DNA from: Tubiluchus corallicola
Taxonomy: Eukaryota; Animalia; Priapulida
Assembly: GCA_030141605.1 (NCBI GenBank)
Contig: JAQGDQ010000525.1
Location: forward strand, 62,001-126,000
Reading direction: 5' to 3'
DNA: 64,000 nucleotides
The notes under the pieces were generated by a model. The model was not told where the DNA came from and did not search any database. It was given only the letters and a program-made list of their open reading frames with translations. Positions within the stretch are counted from its first letter, which is position 1, and each line of letters opens with the position of its first letter. The translations under genes were made by a program, and so were the position numbers. Below are positions 53,480-64,000 of the stretch, in pieces.

Positions 53480-55264
53480 ATGAGCGGAGTTGACTTGGGT
53501 ACTGTTAATAGTGGCAATACACCCGAAGTTAATTCTAATATAGCAGTGTTGGCAATAAGAACTTCTAGTGAACAAAAATCATCAAGAGAAGGGAATGTGT
53601 ACAGGGATGCAAACAGTGATCCCAAAGAAATAGAGGAGGATGTGAGTCAAAGTGGAGAACCGAGTGGGCACGAGAGGGATGATATAGTAGAGTACTGCGC
53701 AGAATGTGGAGAAATTTGTGGGTTCGAAGGAGCTTTCCAGTGTGAGGAACCGAAGTGTAAAACATGGATTCATTATAAATGTAGTGGGCTACCCCCCTAT
53801 AGTATACTAGTTTTGGAGGGAACTGTCCGAAAATTTTCTTGTCCTAAGTGCTCAGTTGAGAAGGTACCACTAGGAAAGTTGGCCAAAGGCAAAAAACGAG
53901 AAGAAAGACTGGAAGAAATTAAGGCAATAGTAGGAGAAACACCAGTGACTAAGATGGCTAGTGAGGTCCAGAGTTTAGCAGAGAAGGTTAAGGAATTAGC
54001 AGAACATAATATAAAACTGGGAGAGAAAGTAAGTAAACAGGAAGAAGAAATTGCAGACCTCGCAAAAAAGTTAGCAATTTGCCGGCTTGAAGCAGATAAG
54101 GCAAGTGAAGAGAAATCTAACATGAAGGCTGAAATAAAGCAGCTTAAGCAAGATTTACGAATCGAGAGAGAGGGCTGCGAACGGCTAAGTAGAAATAATG
54201 AGCAAATGGGTGAAGAGATAAAAACAACTGTAGCTGATAATAATACCCTTAGAAAAGAGATAGAAAACAAACAAAAGCAAAAAGAAACGCTTGAAGAAGA
54301 AAATAACCAGCTACGATTAGAGGTGGGTGACATTCAGAAAAAGTGGCTGGAAGATAAGAAAGAAAGTGAAACACAAGTGACAGAAATACGTGATTTGCAA
54401 AAAAAGCTATTTTCTCCCATTGACAATGACAATGACCAAGTTAAGGAATTGGCCGAACTAAGGCAAACCATAAAACACTTAAATGAGTATGTAACATTGT
54501 TAAAAGGAAAAAGCAGTCTCTTGGTTTCTGTAAATGATACAGAAGAGAATGCAGACAGAATGGCAGAAGTATCCAAAAGAGATAACGTCACAGAAAGAAT
54601 GCAGCCACGTACTGCTAATCAAAGAAAAAAGTTAGATGGAAATCAAATATGTCGGAATTTTGAAAAATGGGGTAGCTGCAGATTTGGGTCCAGCTGTAGA
54701 TACGTCCATGAAACTAGGAATGTTGGAAGTGGCGATAACCAAGCACCAGTAGAAAAAAGAGTAGCTCCACTTTGTTGGCAATATGAAAAGACAGGAACAT
54801 GTACATGGGGATTAAGATGTAAATTCCGTCATGAATATACAGATTTTGAGAACAAGTTATATGCGGAAGGTAGATATGTACCTTCTTATGAAAGAAATAA
54901 GAAGACTAATAGACAAAATTATATGGCATGGCATAATAGCATGAGTGGAAATACAACGGCTGCAGAAATAGGAATTTCAAGAGGAAATCCATATGGGAAC
55001 CAGGGAGAGTTAACTGATTTGCATAAAAAAATGGATTTTTTATTACAGAGGGTGAGATCAGTAGACGATTATCAACAGAAGGGATTGCAGGGTTATGTAA
55101 TGCAAGGTCAGGAAATGAACAACATTCAAAGCAGGGGGAACGTAATAATTCCGAGCGAGAACTGGAGCCATTTGACATGGCAACAAGCACATTCAAGTAT
55201 GAATTCAAACATTCTGGTCTCACAGAGAGTTGCAGCTCAGGGTCCAATAGTCCCGACTCAGTAA
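53480..55264 (+). CDS. LINE ORF1 protein, 594 aa: PHD finger, long coiled coil, two CCCH zinc fingers
   Basis: C4HC3 pattern CAEC..CEEPKC..WIHYKC..CPKC, heptad-rich central region, and C-x8-C-x5-C-x3-H twice (CRNFEKWGSCRFGSSCRYVH, CWQYEKTGTCTWGLRCKFRH). Confidence 0.88.
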   Translation: MSGVDLGTVNSGNTPEVNSNIAVLAIRTSSEQKSSREGNVYRDANSDPKEIEEDVSQSGEPSGHERDDIVEYCAECGEICGFEGAFQCEEPKCKTWIHYKCSGLPPYSILVLEGTVRKFSCPKCSVEKVPLGKLAKGKKREERLEEIKAIVGETPVTKMASEVQSLAEKVKELAEHNIKLGEKVSKQEEEIADLAKKLAICRLEADKASEEKSNMKAEIKQLKQDLRIEREGCERLSRNNEQMGEEIKTTVADNNTLRKEIENKQKQKETLEEENNQLRLEVGDIQKKWLEDKKESETQVTEIRDLQKKLFSPIDNDNDQVKELAELRQTIKHLNEYVTLLKGKSSLLVSVNDTEENADRMAEVSKRDNVTERMQPRTANQRKKLDGNQICRNFEKWGSCRFGSSCRYVHETRNVGSGDNQAPVEKRVAPLCWQYEKTGTCTWGLRCKFRHEYTDFENKLYAEGRYVPSYERNKKTNRQNYMAWHNSMSGNTTAAEIGISRGNPYGNQGELTDLHKKMDFLLQRVRSVDDYQQKGLQGYVMQGQEMNNIQSRGNVIIPSENWSHLTWQQAHSSMNSNILVSQRVAAQGPIVPTQ

Positions 55265-55291
55265 TAAAAAATAAAGAAAATATTACAAAAA

Positions 55292-58200
55292 ATGCAAAAT
55301 ATAAACAATGGTAAAAAAGTTAAAAACAATAAAAAACGAAAAAAAGGAAAACGACAAATAAACTTTGTGCTAGGATTTCATAATGTACAGGGTTTAATTA
55401 AACAAAATAAGCAAATAGAAATGGTTGAGTGGTTAATAGAAAAAAACATAGATATTATGTTTACAGTGGAAACCTGGTTAAGAGACGATGCAGTGTTGAG
55501 TAATATGCATCCCTACTCTTGTAAATCTATAAATCGAGAGGGTAACGCCAAAAAAGGAGGAGGTATAGGAGTTTTTTCAAAAGAAAGCTCAAAAAAGGAT
55601 ATAAAATATATAGAAATCGACCAAGCAGTAAAACGTGAAATTTGTTTCATAGAATGGAATGAATGGGTTTTTGGAGTTGTCTAGTTAGGTGTGAATAAAG
55701 AGGAAAACAAGTTGGAAAATATAAAAATTATGAGTGAAATTGGAAGAATATGTTTTGATAATAATAAAAAACATATTTTGATACTCGGTGACTTCAATGC
55801 ACATATACAAGAATTTGCTGGCGAAGATAATCAAAATGGCAAATTATTAACAAATTTATGCGAAATGTATGGATTATTGCTATTAAATAGTGTGTGGCCA
55901 AAGATGGATGATTTCACTTGGACGAACGGACGATATAGTTCAACCATTGACTATGCATTAGTGAATGATTCAGGTTTCCACTCAATAAAAAACTGTGAAG
56001 TAGTATGGGAGAGTGGTGCGTGTTCGGATCATGCAGCTCTAGTGGTAAGCAGTATGGGAGAGTGGTGCGTGTTCGGATCATGCAGCTCTAGTGGTAAGCA
56101 TCAAAACAAGGGGGTACATAAGCAGTAAATACAAAAAACTCCAGAATGAAAGAATAAGAAAGAAATGGAAATTTAATAAAGATATTGATTGGGATCTGTT
56201 TCAGAATATGGTGGAAGAAAAGGCAGTTAAAGAGGAAAAAACGTTGTCTTCGATACTAGTAGAAGTAGCAGAGAAAGTAATAGGCAGGAGGACACCAAGG
56301 AAAGGAAAGAGGGGTAGAATAAATGCCCCGTGGTTCGATAAAGAGATTAGATTAGCAATAAAGCAAAGACGAGATGCAATAAAAAATTGGAGGAAAGCAA
56401 AAAAAACAAAATAGATTAGAGCATACAAGCTATTGGTGGAAAAAATACACAGTTTTTAAGCGAAAAACTAAAATACTGGTTGCAGAGAAAAGAACTACAT
56501 GGGCAGCAAAATGGATGAAAGAAGTAGAGCAAGAAGATAGATATAAAAGAAAATTCTGGAGACACTTTAAAGACATAACAAAGAGTAAACAGGAATCTGA
56601 AAGTGGAGAAGAGAACTTATTTTTGATTTCTGACGAAGGTGAAAAAATAACTGAGGAAAATATAATTTCCCAAGAAATAATTAAGAAGTGGGGATCGCTT
56701 TTTCAGTTAAAAACGCATGCTCAGATACTAAGTAAAGAGATGGATAATAAGGATATGCCATTGAAAGATGTCGAACTTATGTACATGATCAGCGATGAAG
56801 AATTAGACAGAGCACTTATAAGTATAAAAAGTGGTAAAGCATATGGAGACGATGATGTAGCTGGAGAGTTTTTAATTGGTCTTAAAAGTAAAGCAAAACA
56901 AATATTAAAAAAAGAGCTCAACTCTGTCATTTTGACAAGAAGTATACCAGTATCATGGAAAACAGGAACAATTTCTCTCATTCATAAAAAGGAAGAAAAA
57001 GAAAAGGTCGAAAATTATAGGCCTATAGCTATAATTTCAGTGGTCGGGAAATTGTTATCAAATATTTTAAAAACTAGGGTAGTAAAGGAACTAGAATTAA
57101 GAAATGTGGTTGCCGAAGAACAGAATGGATTTAGGATTGGCAGAAGGTTGGAGGATAACCTATGCATATTGACTCTTTTGAGAGAAATAGCTTCTATACA
57201 GGAACGAAGCCTTTGGGTGGTGATGTTAGACCTAGAAAAAGCCTATGATCGTGTCGACCAACAAAAACTGTGGCAAGTATTGACACATTTAGGTGCAGAG
57301 CAATCCTTTCTTGAATTTTGGAAATCATGGTACGATGGTTTTAATGTTAGATTTGTTTGGAGAAGTATCAAAACAGATAACGTAACAGTAACGTCAGGTG
57401 TAAAACAGGGTGATCCTATGTCCTCTGTATTTTTCTCATTGTATATTAATAAAATGTTAAAAGAAATAAGTAGGTCAAAAAGAGGATACAAAATAGATGA
57501 AAATATAATAGTGAGCATATTAGCTTTTGCCGATGACACCGCGCTAATTACAGAATTTGAAGCGGATATGGTAGTGTTATTGAAGATTGCGAATGATCTT
57601 GGAAAAGAGTTTGGCATGAAATTTAGTGCGACCAAGTGTGCATCAATTCTTCTTAGTGGAGCTAATGCTAACACAGTCTTTAAGATAGGTGACATACCTA
57701 TACATGCAACAGAAAGAGAAAAATACCTAGGGGTAATTATAAGAGCCATAGAAGATGAACATAGCTGGAAAGAAAGAATACCAGATATTAGAAGAACCAT
57801 AGGTGCCGTAAAATTTGCGGCAATGCAATCAGAAGCAAGATTGGAAATAGGAAGAACAGGCTGGAAAGCAATTGTAGTCCCTAAAATAATGTTTGCTTGT
57901 GTGGGCAGAACATACAGCCAAAAGGAAGTTGATTGGTATAACAGCATTCAAGAAGAATTTGTAAGATGGCTCTGGAAAGCAAAAGGATGCAGTGGTGCTG
58001 CTATTAGAGGTGAGGCGGGTTTTTCATCCTTTGAAGAACGGGAAGCAAAGGCGCGACTAAAATTTTTTAAAAGAATTATATTTATGACTGATAATCGGTT
58101 ACTGAAAAAAGTGGTAATATGGGTAGTGACACACAGAATTCGATCGAAATGGCTGCAAAGAATCAGACATTTGGGGGATAAATTTGGGCTTCCGGTATTT

Positions 58201-58719
58201 GGCAATATTATGGCATTAGGGGAATTAAATGAGGTAGGTTTGAATAAAATTTATGATAAACATTTGGGTGAAAAAGCATGGGATGTGCATATAGAGAAAA
58301 CTATAGCTGAAACTGGATTAAAAATGTGGAATGAAAAATTAAGTAAATGTTCGACAGTAGAAAGATATAGAGACTGCAAAAGTTCTATATCATTTGAACC
58401 CAGGATGAATGATACATGGGGTGCAGAATTGCTTGTCAAAGCTAGGGTTGGCGCATTAGAAGTATTGGGAAATCCCTTGTATGCTTGTAAAGTAGGCTAC
58501 TGCATAGAAAAAAGACTTTGTAAATGTGGTAATATTGAAACTGCAGAACACATAATATTAAGTTGTGAATTTTACACAGAGATGAGAAACAGAGTCCCTT
58601 GGCAAGGAGTAACTGATGAAGAGTGCTTGAGATGGTTGTTATTTGGAGAGGGAAAAATTTATGCAGTCTGCCTACTGAAGGACATAATGGTTAGAAGAAG
58701 AGGCATAGTGAATCATTAG
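55292..58719 (+). pseudogene. LINE ORF2 (AP endonuclease, reverse transcriptase, C-terminal CCHC) with three lesions
   Basis: APE motifs HNVQGL, VETWL, GGGIG, GDFNAH, TIDY, SDH. RT motifs NYRPIA, QNGFR, LDLEKAYDRV, GVKQGDPMS, AFADD, KYLGV. C-terminal CKCG..ETAEHIILSC. Lesions: TAG at 55682, a 49-bp duplication at 56002-56099 and a frameshift near 56400. Confidence 0.92.
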
Positions 58720-58956
58720 AGCTTGCATATGTGTGCGCCTTAGCATTTTCGGGTAGTAATCATATTATGTTAAAAAGCCTAGTAGTACAATATACATTGC
58801 TACTTGCCCTGTTATAAAAGGGATTTAGGCACCGGATGGATGGATGGATGGACCTACTTCTGCTTCTTCCACGACCACGAACAGTATTTATATTCACGTG
58901 CTGGTCTGCACTATTAATTGGTGTGTACAACACACGAGACTGTTGTTGTTGCACAA

Positions 58957-59667
58957 ATAACTGCACCCTTTTAATAATTTTGTCTAAGTTCAAATCTTCG
59001 CTCCACAGTTTTTCTCTTAACTTTGGGTCTCTTACACCATTGCTAATTGCAACACATAATCGGTCATTTAATTCATCACCAAATTCGCAATTGACAGCTA
59101 TGTCTTTAAATGCAGTAATAAATTCAGCAATACTCTCATACTGACCTTGTTTTCTCTACTGAAATTGTGTAATGTACCCTTTACGTAATTTTCGTCGTTC
59201 GAAATAATTGTCATATTTAGCGGTAACTGCTGTATATTCAGACTTTTCTTCGTCTGTGAAGTCCAAATTGTTGAAAACTTTTTGATATTCCTTGCCCATT
59301 GCGTTCAGTAACAACGCAACTTTCTGTTCATTCTGCTTACCAGCGGCTGTCATGAACACGTTGAATTCGGCTTTAAATTCTTTCCTGTCCTGGGCGAGGT
59401 TCACTTTATCCGTGGAAAATTTTGGTGGCTTTAGATTCTCCATATTCTATTTACTTTGTTTTCACTAAATTTATACTTCTGACACCATGTTTTATGTTGA
59501 TGTACCTGGATTTCTAGTAGAAATAACGAAATACAGTACACCATTATACTGTATGCATTATGCGTGTTACCGAACTACTTTATTTACAATGCGTTCTGAC
59601 GCATTAATACATAACAATAACAACACAAGAACGACGCACTCAATTATGAACTTGGAAACATCTTGGT
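58957..59667 (-). repeat. Right arm of the ~710-bp inverted repeat
   Basis: Matches the left arm with scattered substitutions and small indels. Confidence 0.95.
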
Positions 59668-62600
59668 AAATAACTATGGAAGTTTTTGCTGAATCAATCA
59701 AAGTGGTTTATTTATGATATTGCAGCAATGATCAGGCTGAAATAACAACAACAAAATAATTACATATAATACTGCCATACCGCATAAGTACAAATATAAA
59801 TGTTTCGAATTATACTAATTTAAGCATTGTTCCTTTAATCACAAAAGTATAACTGCAAATAATATACCGTTCTAAATGTTAAACATCTGCTCGACACTGC
59901 ATGGAGTTCTTATCGTTAAATGTGTTAAGAATTGCCTCCTGGCAAACAGCAATACGGGTGCTCTTCATATGCTGAAATCTTCAAGATCCTCTATCCCCCC
60001 CCCTAAGTCTTGGACGGAGGTAGCATACGTCGAAGACTGATAACTGACCAAATTACCAGACATATCAAAGTCTTTGTGCCACTGAGGAGTTGTCCTCTGC
60101 CGAGTTGAACGACGTAGTGGTATAACTGGGTTGGGTGGAGCTGATGCAGTCGAAGAAGGGTCAATGGACTTATCAACTGGTTTGGAATTGTCTGGTATGG
60201 TAGTTAGTGGAATATGTGAGGGTGTGCTGAGGTTAGGGAGAGGGTCCTCTGGTCCAACAGGTTTGTCTGTTTGTTCGAAATCCATGTGTTTGGGTGACTG
60301 TAAGGTTGAATTATTAGGGCGTTGGTTTGTTTTAGGTGGCAAAGTGGTTGATGTTGAAGGTTTCTCAACTGGTAAGCATCTGTCATTGTAAGCAAGGTCA
60401 GTATCAATAGAGATACTGGGGCGTGGTGGATGAATTGGTTCATATTTCCGAAGAAAACGTCTATTCCGAAGTGTTACTCGGCCCGAGCCATCCACCTTGA
60501 TGACATATTGACGGACTTCAATGACTATACCAGACTTGTCCCATTTGGTAGGATGTTTCCCAGTCTGATTTTGTAAATGTACCTTGTCACCAACAACTAG
60601 TGGGGGTAAGCGTTTTGTATTTTCAGTCCACCGTTCCGATGCTTTCATGTGTCTGTTACGCAGGGCTTCTTCTCGGGCCAGTAGTGATTCCTGCCAAGTG
60701 TTATGAGGTTGGTAGCGACCGGGTATTATAGGGATGAAATCTCGTATAGTGCGGCCGAACAGACACTGGGCAGGTGAGAGTTTGGTATCTCTGTCTGGGC
60801 AGTTTCTGTACTGCAGGATTGCTCGTTGAAACAAGTCTGTATTAAGGTCTCCCTGGGGGCCAGTATTATTCATAATCATGCGCTTAATGGTCTTAACACC
60901 TAATTCGGCTCTACAATTGCTGTGAGGAAAGGCAACCGAAGAGAGACGATGATGGACACCCCAGTCTGAAAAAAACTGGCGTGTTTGGAATGAAATAAAT
61001 TCTGGGCCACCATCTGAGGCCAGTTCTTCAGCAATGCCGTAAGTGACAAAAACTCGGCGGAGGCAAGCAATGAGACCAGTGGCCCCAATTGGAGAACGTT
61101 CGACAATGGGCCAGTTGGAATAACGGTCAACAACAACGAGGTAGTAGACGCCCTTGTAATGAAAGAAGTCAGTGCAGATGCACTGAAATGGGTATACCGG
61201 CAAAACTGGGGGAACGGGCGGTGCTGCCGGTTGTGAGGGTGCAATACGGTTGCATTCTTGGCAACGACTTCGAAGTGCCGATATGGCTGTCGTTATGCCT
61301 GGCCAGAATACTGATGATTCTGCACGAGAAATCATGGATGAGACCCCTTGGTGTGCTGCATGGAGTGATGAAAGCACAGTGTCACGTAGGCATGGGGGAA
61401 TAACGATGCGCTCTTTATAGAGAATAACACCATCGATGGTGTGGAGGTGTTCCCTGAACTGGTAATACTCACGTATTGGAGCTGGGAACTCCTGACGTGC
61501 TTCTGGCACGTTAGTTTCTATGATGTCTCTTAATAAGTTCATGGTGGTGTCACTTGTTGTAGCAACTCGGACCATATCCCATGTCACTGATTTGAAGTTT
61601 GCAAGCTTTGTGGCAGCTGAACATATTAAGGATGTCTCAAAGGAATCTGAAGGCGTTTCCTGACAACGAATACCTTCCAAAAAGAAAGTAGGTAGGTTTG
61701 GCAAGGTAATATTAGTGTCCTGTCGAATTGTGGCAATGTCGTCAGGCAAAGGCATATCACCAGCATGGCCAGGGCAAGACGGGTGTTGAGAGATGCCATC
61801 TGCAGCTCGATGTTTTGCTCCAGGGACATGTATGACCTGGAATTTGAAACGGAGCGTCTTTTCCTTCAGATTCCTAAGGCGAGGGTTGGGCATGTCATCA
61901 AGGGATCTGTTGCTGAAGATCTTGAGCAATGGTTTGTGGTCCACTGCAATAGTCAGGTTTGTACAACCCAGGACAAAGTACCTAGCTTTTTGAAGGGCAT
62001 CTGCCACTGCTAGGGCTTCACCTTCAATTGGGGCATATCGCGATTCTGCTGGTGTGGTGAATCAGCTACCCACAAGAGCGATTTTCCACCCAGTACGGCA
62101 ACAAAAAGGAGCTGATTTGGGGCATTTGCAGTGTTTTTGCAGCAGCCAGAAGCCAATGCCTGATTTTGACCAATCAGTGGCCAAGCATGTCGGCCGTGTT
62201 TTATCGAAAATTCGAACACCGTCTTCTATTTCCTGAACAATGAGTGCCTTGGACTCATTAAATATCTCATCTAGTTGTGCATGCCATGTGAATGGGGTCC
62301 CGGGTTTCAGGAGTGCACGGAATGGAAGCATTCGGTCAGCCATACTGAAAGCATAACTAACTTGGTTTATTACGCCAAACCAGGATCGAACATCAGTGAT
62401 GTTTTTTGGAGTGGGAAATTTTAGTATAGCTTCGAGATATCGCCGACAAGGGCGGACACTATTGGGTGTAATTTCAAATCCTGCAAATTCAACTGTGTCT
62501 TCAGCAAAGATGAACTTGTCAGGATTAAGAGTGATGCCGTGACGGCCACATATGTCAAGCCATTCTATTGCCTGGAAAAAGATTTCTTGGATTGTAGGTG

Positions 62601-64000
62601 ACCGGAGGAGTGTGTCATCAATACATTTTGTGTGATGGGGTACGTGTGACACAATTTCGTCATAGCGTCTTGAGTAACCATCACCCGAAGCAATGTAACC
62701 CTGAGGGGCTGTTTTGTAGCGATATCGGCCCCACGGAGTGATAAACGTAGTAAGATGGCGGTCCTCTGCACGGATTGGGACACTGTGGTAGCCATTCCAG
62801 GCATCAAGTACTGTTTTCTTCATGTTTGGGGGTACAGATCTTGCCTGCAGAAATGGTGACTGGGTGTGGTAGGTTTCTCTTGTGGCATGAACATTTAGGG
62901 CTTGAAAGTCAACAGTTCTGCGGGGTTGGCCATTTTTCTTGGGGCATACAATCATTCGATGGCACCAAGTGACAGGTTCGCCAATGGGGACAGGTTCCAA
63001 GACTCCTAGGTGGACGTCGCGATCTATATCTGCTTTGACTTGTTTCTGCCAATGCAAGGCGACTGGGATGGGGTTGTGATGTGCCACGGGGGTGGCATCA
63101 GAATTCACCATGAGTTTCAAAGGGGCCCTTCCATAAGTGGGAGAGGTTGGTGCTCACATATGTTGAATGTGCTTGCCTTGTAAGTGTCGAGGAGGTACTG
63201 TCTCAGTTTTGGCAAATTTTCTTGCGTTGGTGAAAATGGCAGTTGGGAGGGTGGTGTAGGTGGCAGCTGTCGTCGTGGACAGTGGCACTCAGATGTCAAA
63301 CCACTACTGTTTTGTTGGGGTTTGGATATGTCATGTGTCTCAGATGAAGTGCTGTTTGATGATGATATCTCTAGCGTGTTGCACACCTCACCAATCTTTG
63401 GAAAGCTTTCTGTGATCATTCCGAGTGCAATACAAGCTTCACGGCAAATGTATAATTTGTTTGAAGTATCGGTGACATATACGATCTGCCTGGTTTCTAG
63501 TTGTTTGCCAGCCGTAGATGTACCAGTGAATCTTAGGATAGCAGCGCCAAGGATGTTAATTCCACGATCATTTGCAGCTTGCATGCGCATGGTGACAGGT
63601 ATGAGATGTTGCTCTGATATGCCTATGCGAGTGAGGATTTTAAGGCTGCACAAGCAACTCTGGCATCCGGTGTCTGCTATTGCTGAAATTATACAAGAAT
63701 TTGGTTGTCTGCCACAGCGAAAACCAAGGGCTGTGTAGTCACTTGGGTTTATTGACATGCGCAGTGTAAGAAATGGTTGAGGCTTCGATGGTTGGCGTAG
63801 CCAACTATTACACATCTGGTCATATAGGTGATGACTAAGGGGAACTGTACGACGGCTATTTTTTTCATGTACGTGTGGTGTAAATGAACACAATGTATCG
63901 AACACAGCTCCCTGTTCACCCAGTGAGGTGGATTGTTCACGACCTCTGTCACGGTCTGGAGCAGCATGTTTTGGCTTATTTCTAGATCTACATACCGGAG
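59668..64000 (-). mobile_element. Ty3/Gypsy (Mag-like) element B, 3' part: protease, RT, RNase H, integrase, PPT (G9, 59995-60003) and putative 3' LTR (~59993-59668); runs off the window end
   Basis: ADTGCQS, RRTVDFQALN, LDAWNGYH, CIDD, ATDWS..GIG, EGEALAV, DHKPL, integrase H..H..C..C and DDE core (TDFF, SDGGPEF, RAELGVK). Confidence 0.93.
59965..63905 (-). pseudogene. pol of Gypsy element B with one frameshift (~63118) and one nonsense codon (62062-62064)
   Basis: ORFs 63117-63905, 62062-63120 and 59965-62007 join into one polyprotein. The TGA sits in VGS(R)F, consistent with a CGA>TGA change. Confidence 0.9.

Larger units (their letters stand above)
53006..58852 (+). mobile_element. Apparently full-length non-LTR retrotransposon (APE-RT LINE, RTEX-like) inserted into gag of element A
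   Basis: 5' UTR, ORF1, ORF2, short 3' UTR and a (GGAT)4GGA tail. TSD CCTA at 53002-53005 and 58853-58856. Removing the LINE restores the gag frame RGRGRSRSR-NAGFRRG. Confidence 0.92.
50422..59660 (-). mobile_element. Rearranged Ty3/Gypsy (Mag-like) element A: LTR 59660-59488, PBS 59487-59475, degenerate gag-protease-RT 59443-58853 and 53005-51513, ending in an inverted copy of its own 5' end (50422-51512)
   Basis: LTR TGTTT...AAACA with AATAAA, then PBS TGGTGTCAGAAGT. Gag MENLKPP..., Cys/His knuckles CYSCGYSHPPRKC..CNFC, protease FKIDSAVDVN, RT IDPKDLNKA..FTVLDAN..FNTPFGRY..GISSAPE. Several stops and frameshifts. No YxDD, RNase H or integrase. Confidence 0.88.

Noticed and set aside
53480-55264. 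Host PHD/CCCH gene
   Set aside because: Intronless, directly upstream of APE-RT, and inside the TSD-bounded LINE.
57243-57947. Long antisense ORFs (also 53797-54333, 63184-63738, 19375-19695, 21172-21531)
   Set aside because: Shadows of real coding sequence on the other strand with no motifs of their own.
50415-59667. DIRS-type element, because of the inverted terminal repeats
   Set aside because: No tyrosine recombinase or methyltransferase ORF. The PBS, aspartic protease and RT are Gypsy-type, and the arms include gag.
63110-63125. Programmed ribosomal frameshift in element B
   Set aside because: It falls between protease and RT, has no clear slippery heptamer, and the element also carries a nonsense mutation. 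A 1-nt deletion is simpler.

Overview
AT-rich, intron-rich animal genomic DNA, probably a non-insect invertebrate (species not determinable). Bases 1-50.4 kb hold five spliced genes reconstructed exon by exon: acyl-protein thioesterase LYPLA1/2 (+, 7 exons, 226 aa), POP1 (-, 10 exons, about 1380 aa with a long disordered N-terminus), the 37-aa micro-protein OST4 (+, absent from the ORF track), SPO11 (+, 11 exons, 398 aa, with a minor-spliceosome intron apparently starting GA), and a two-exon LRR surface protein (-). Introns carry hAT and Tc1/pogo MITEs, a foldback element and LINE remnants. Bases 50.4-64 kb are a nest of retroelements. A Gypsy derivative has two inverted copies of LTR-PBS-5'gag facing each other. 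It is interrupted by a full-length LINE whose ORF1 combines PHD, coiled coil and two CCCH fingers, and by a hAT MITE. It abuts the 3' LTR of a second Gypsy element. All calls come from reading the sequence and recalled family motifs; no searches were run.
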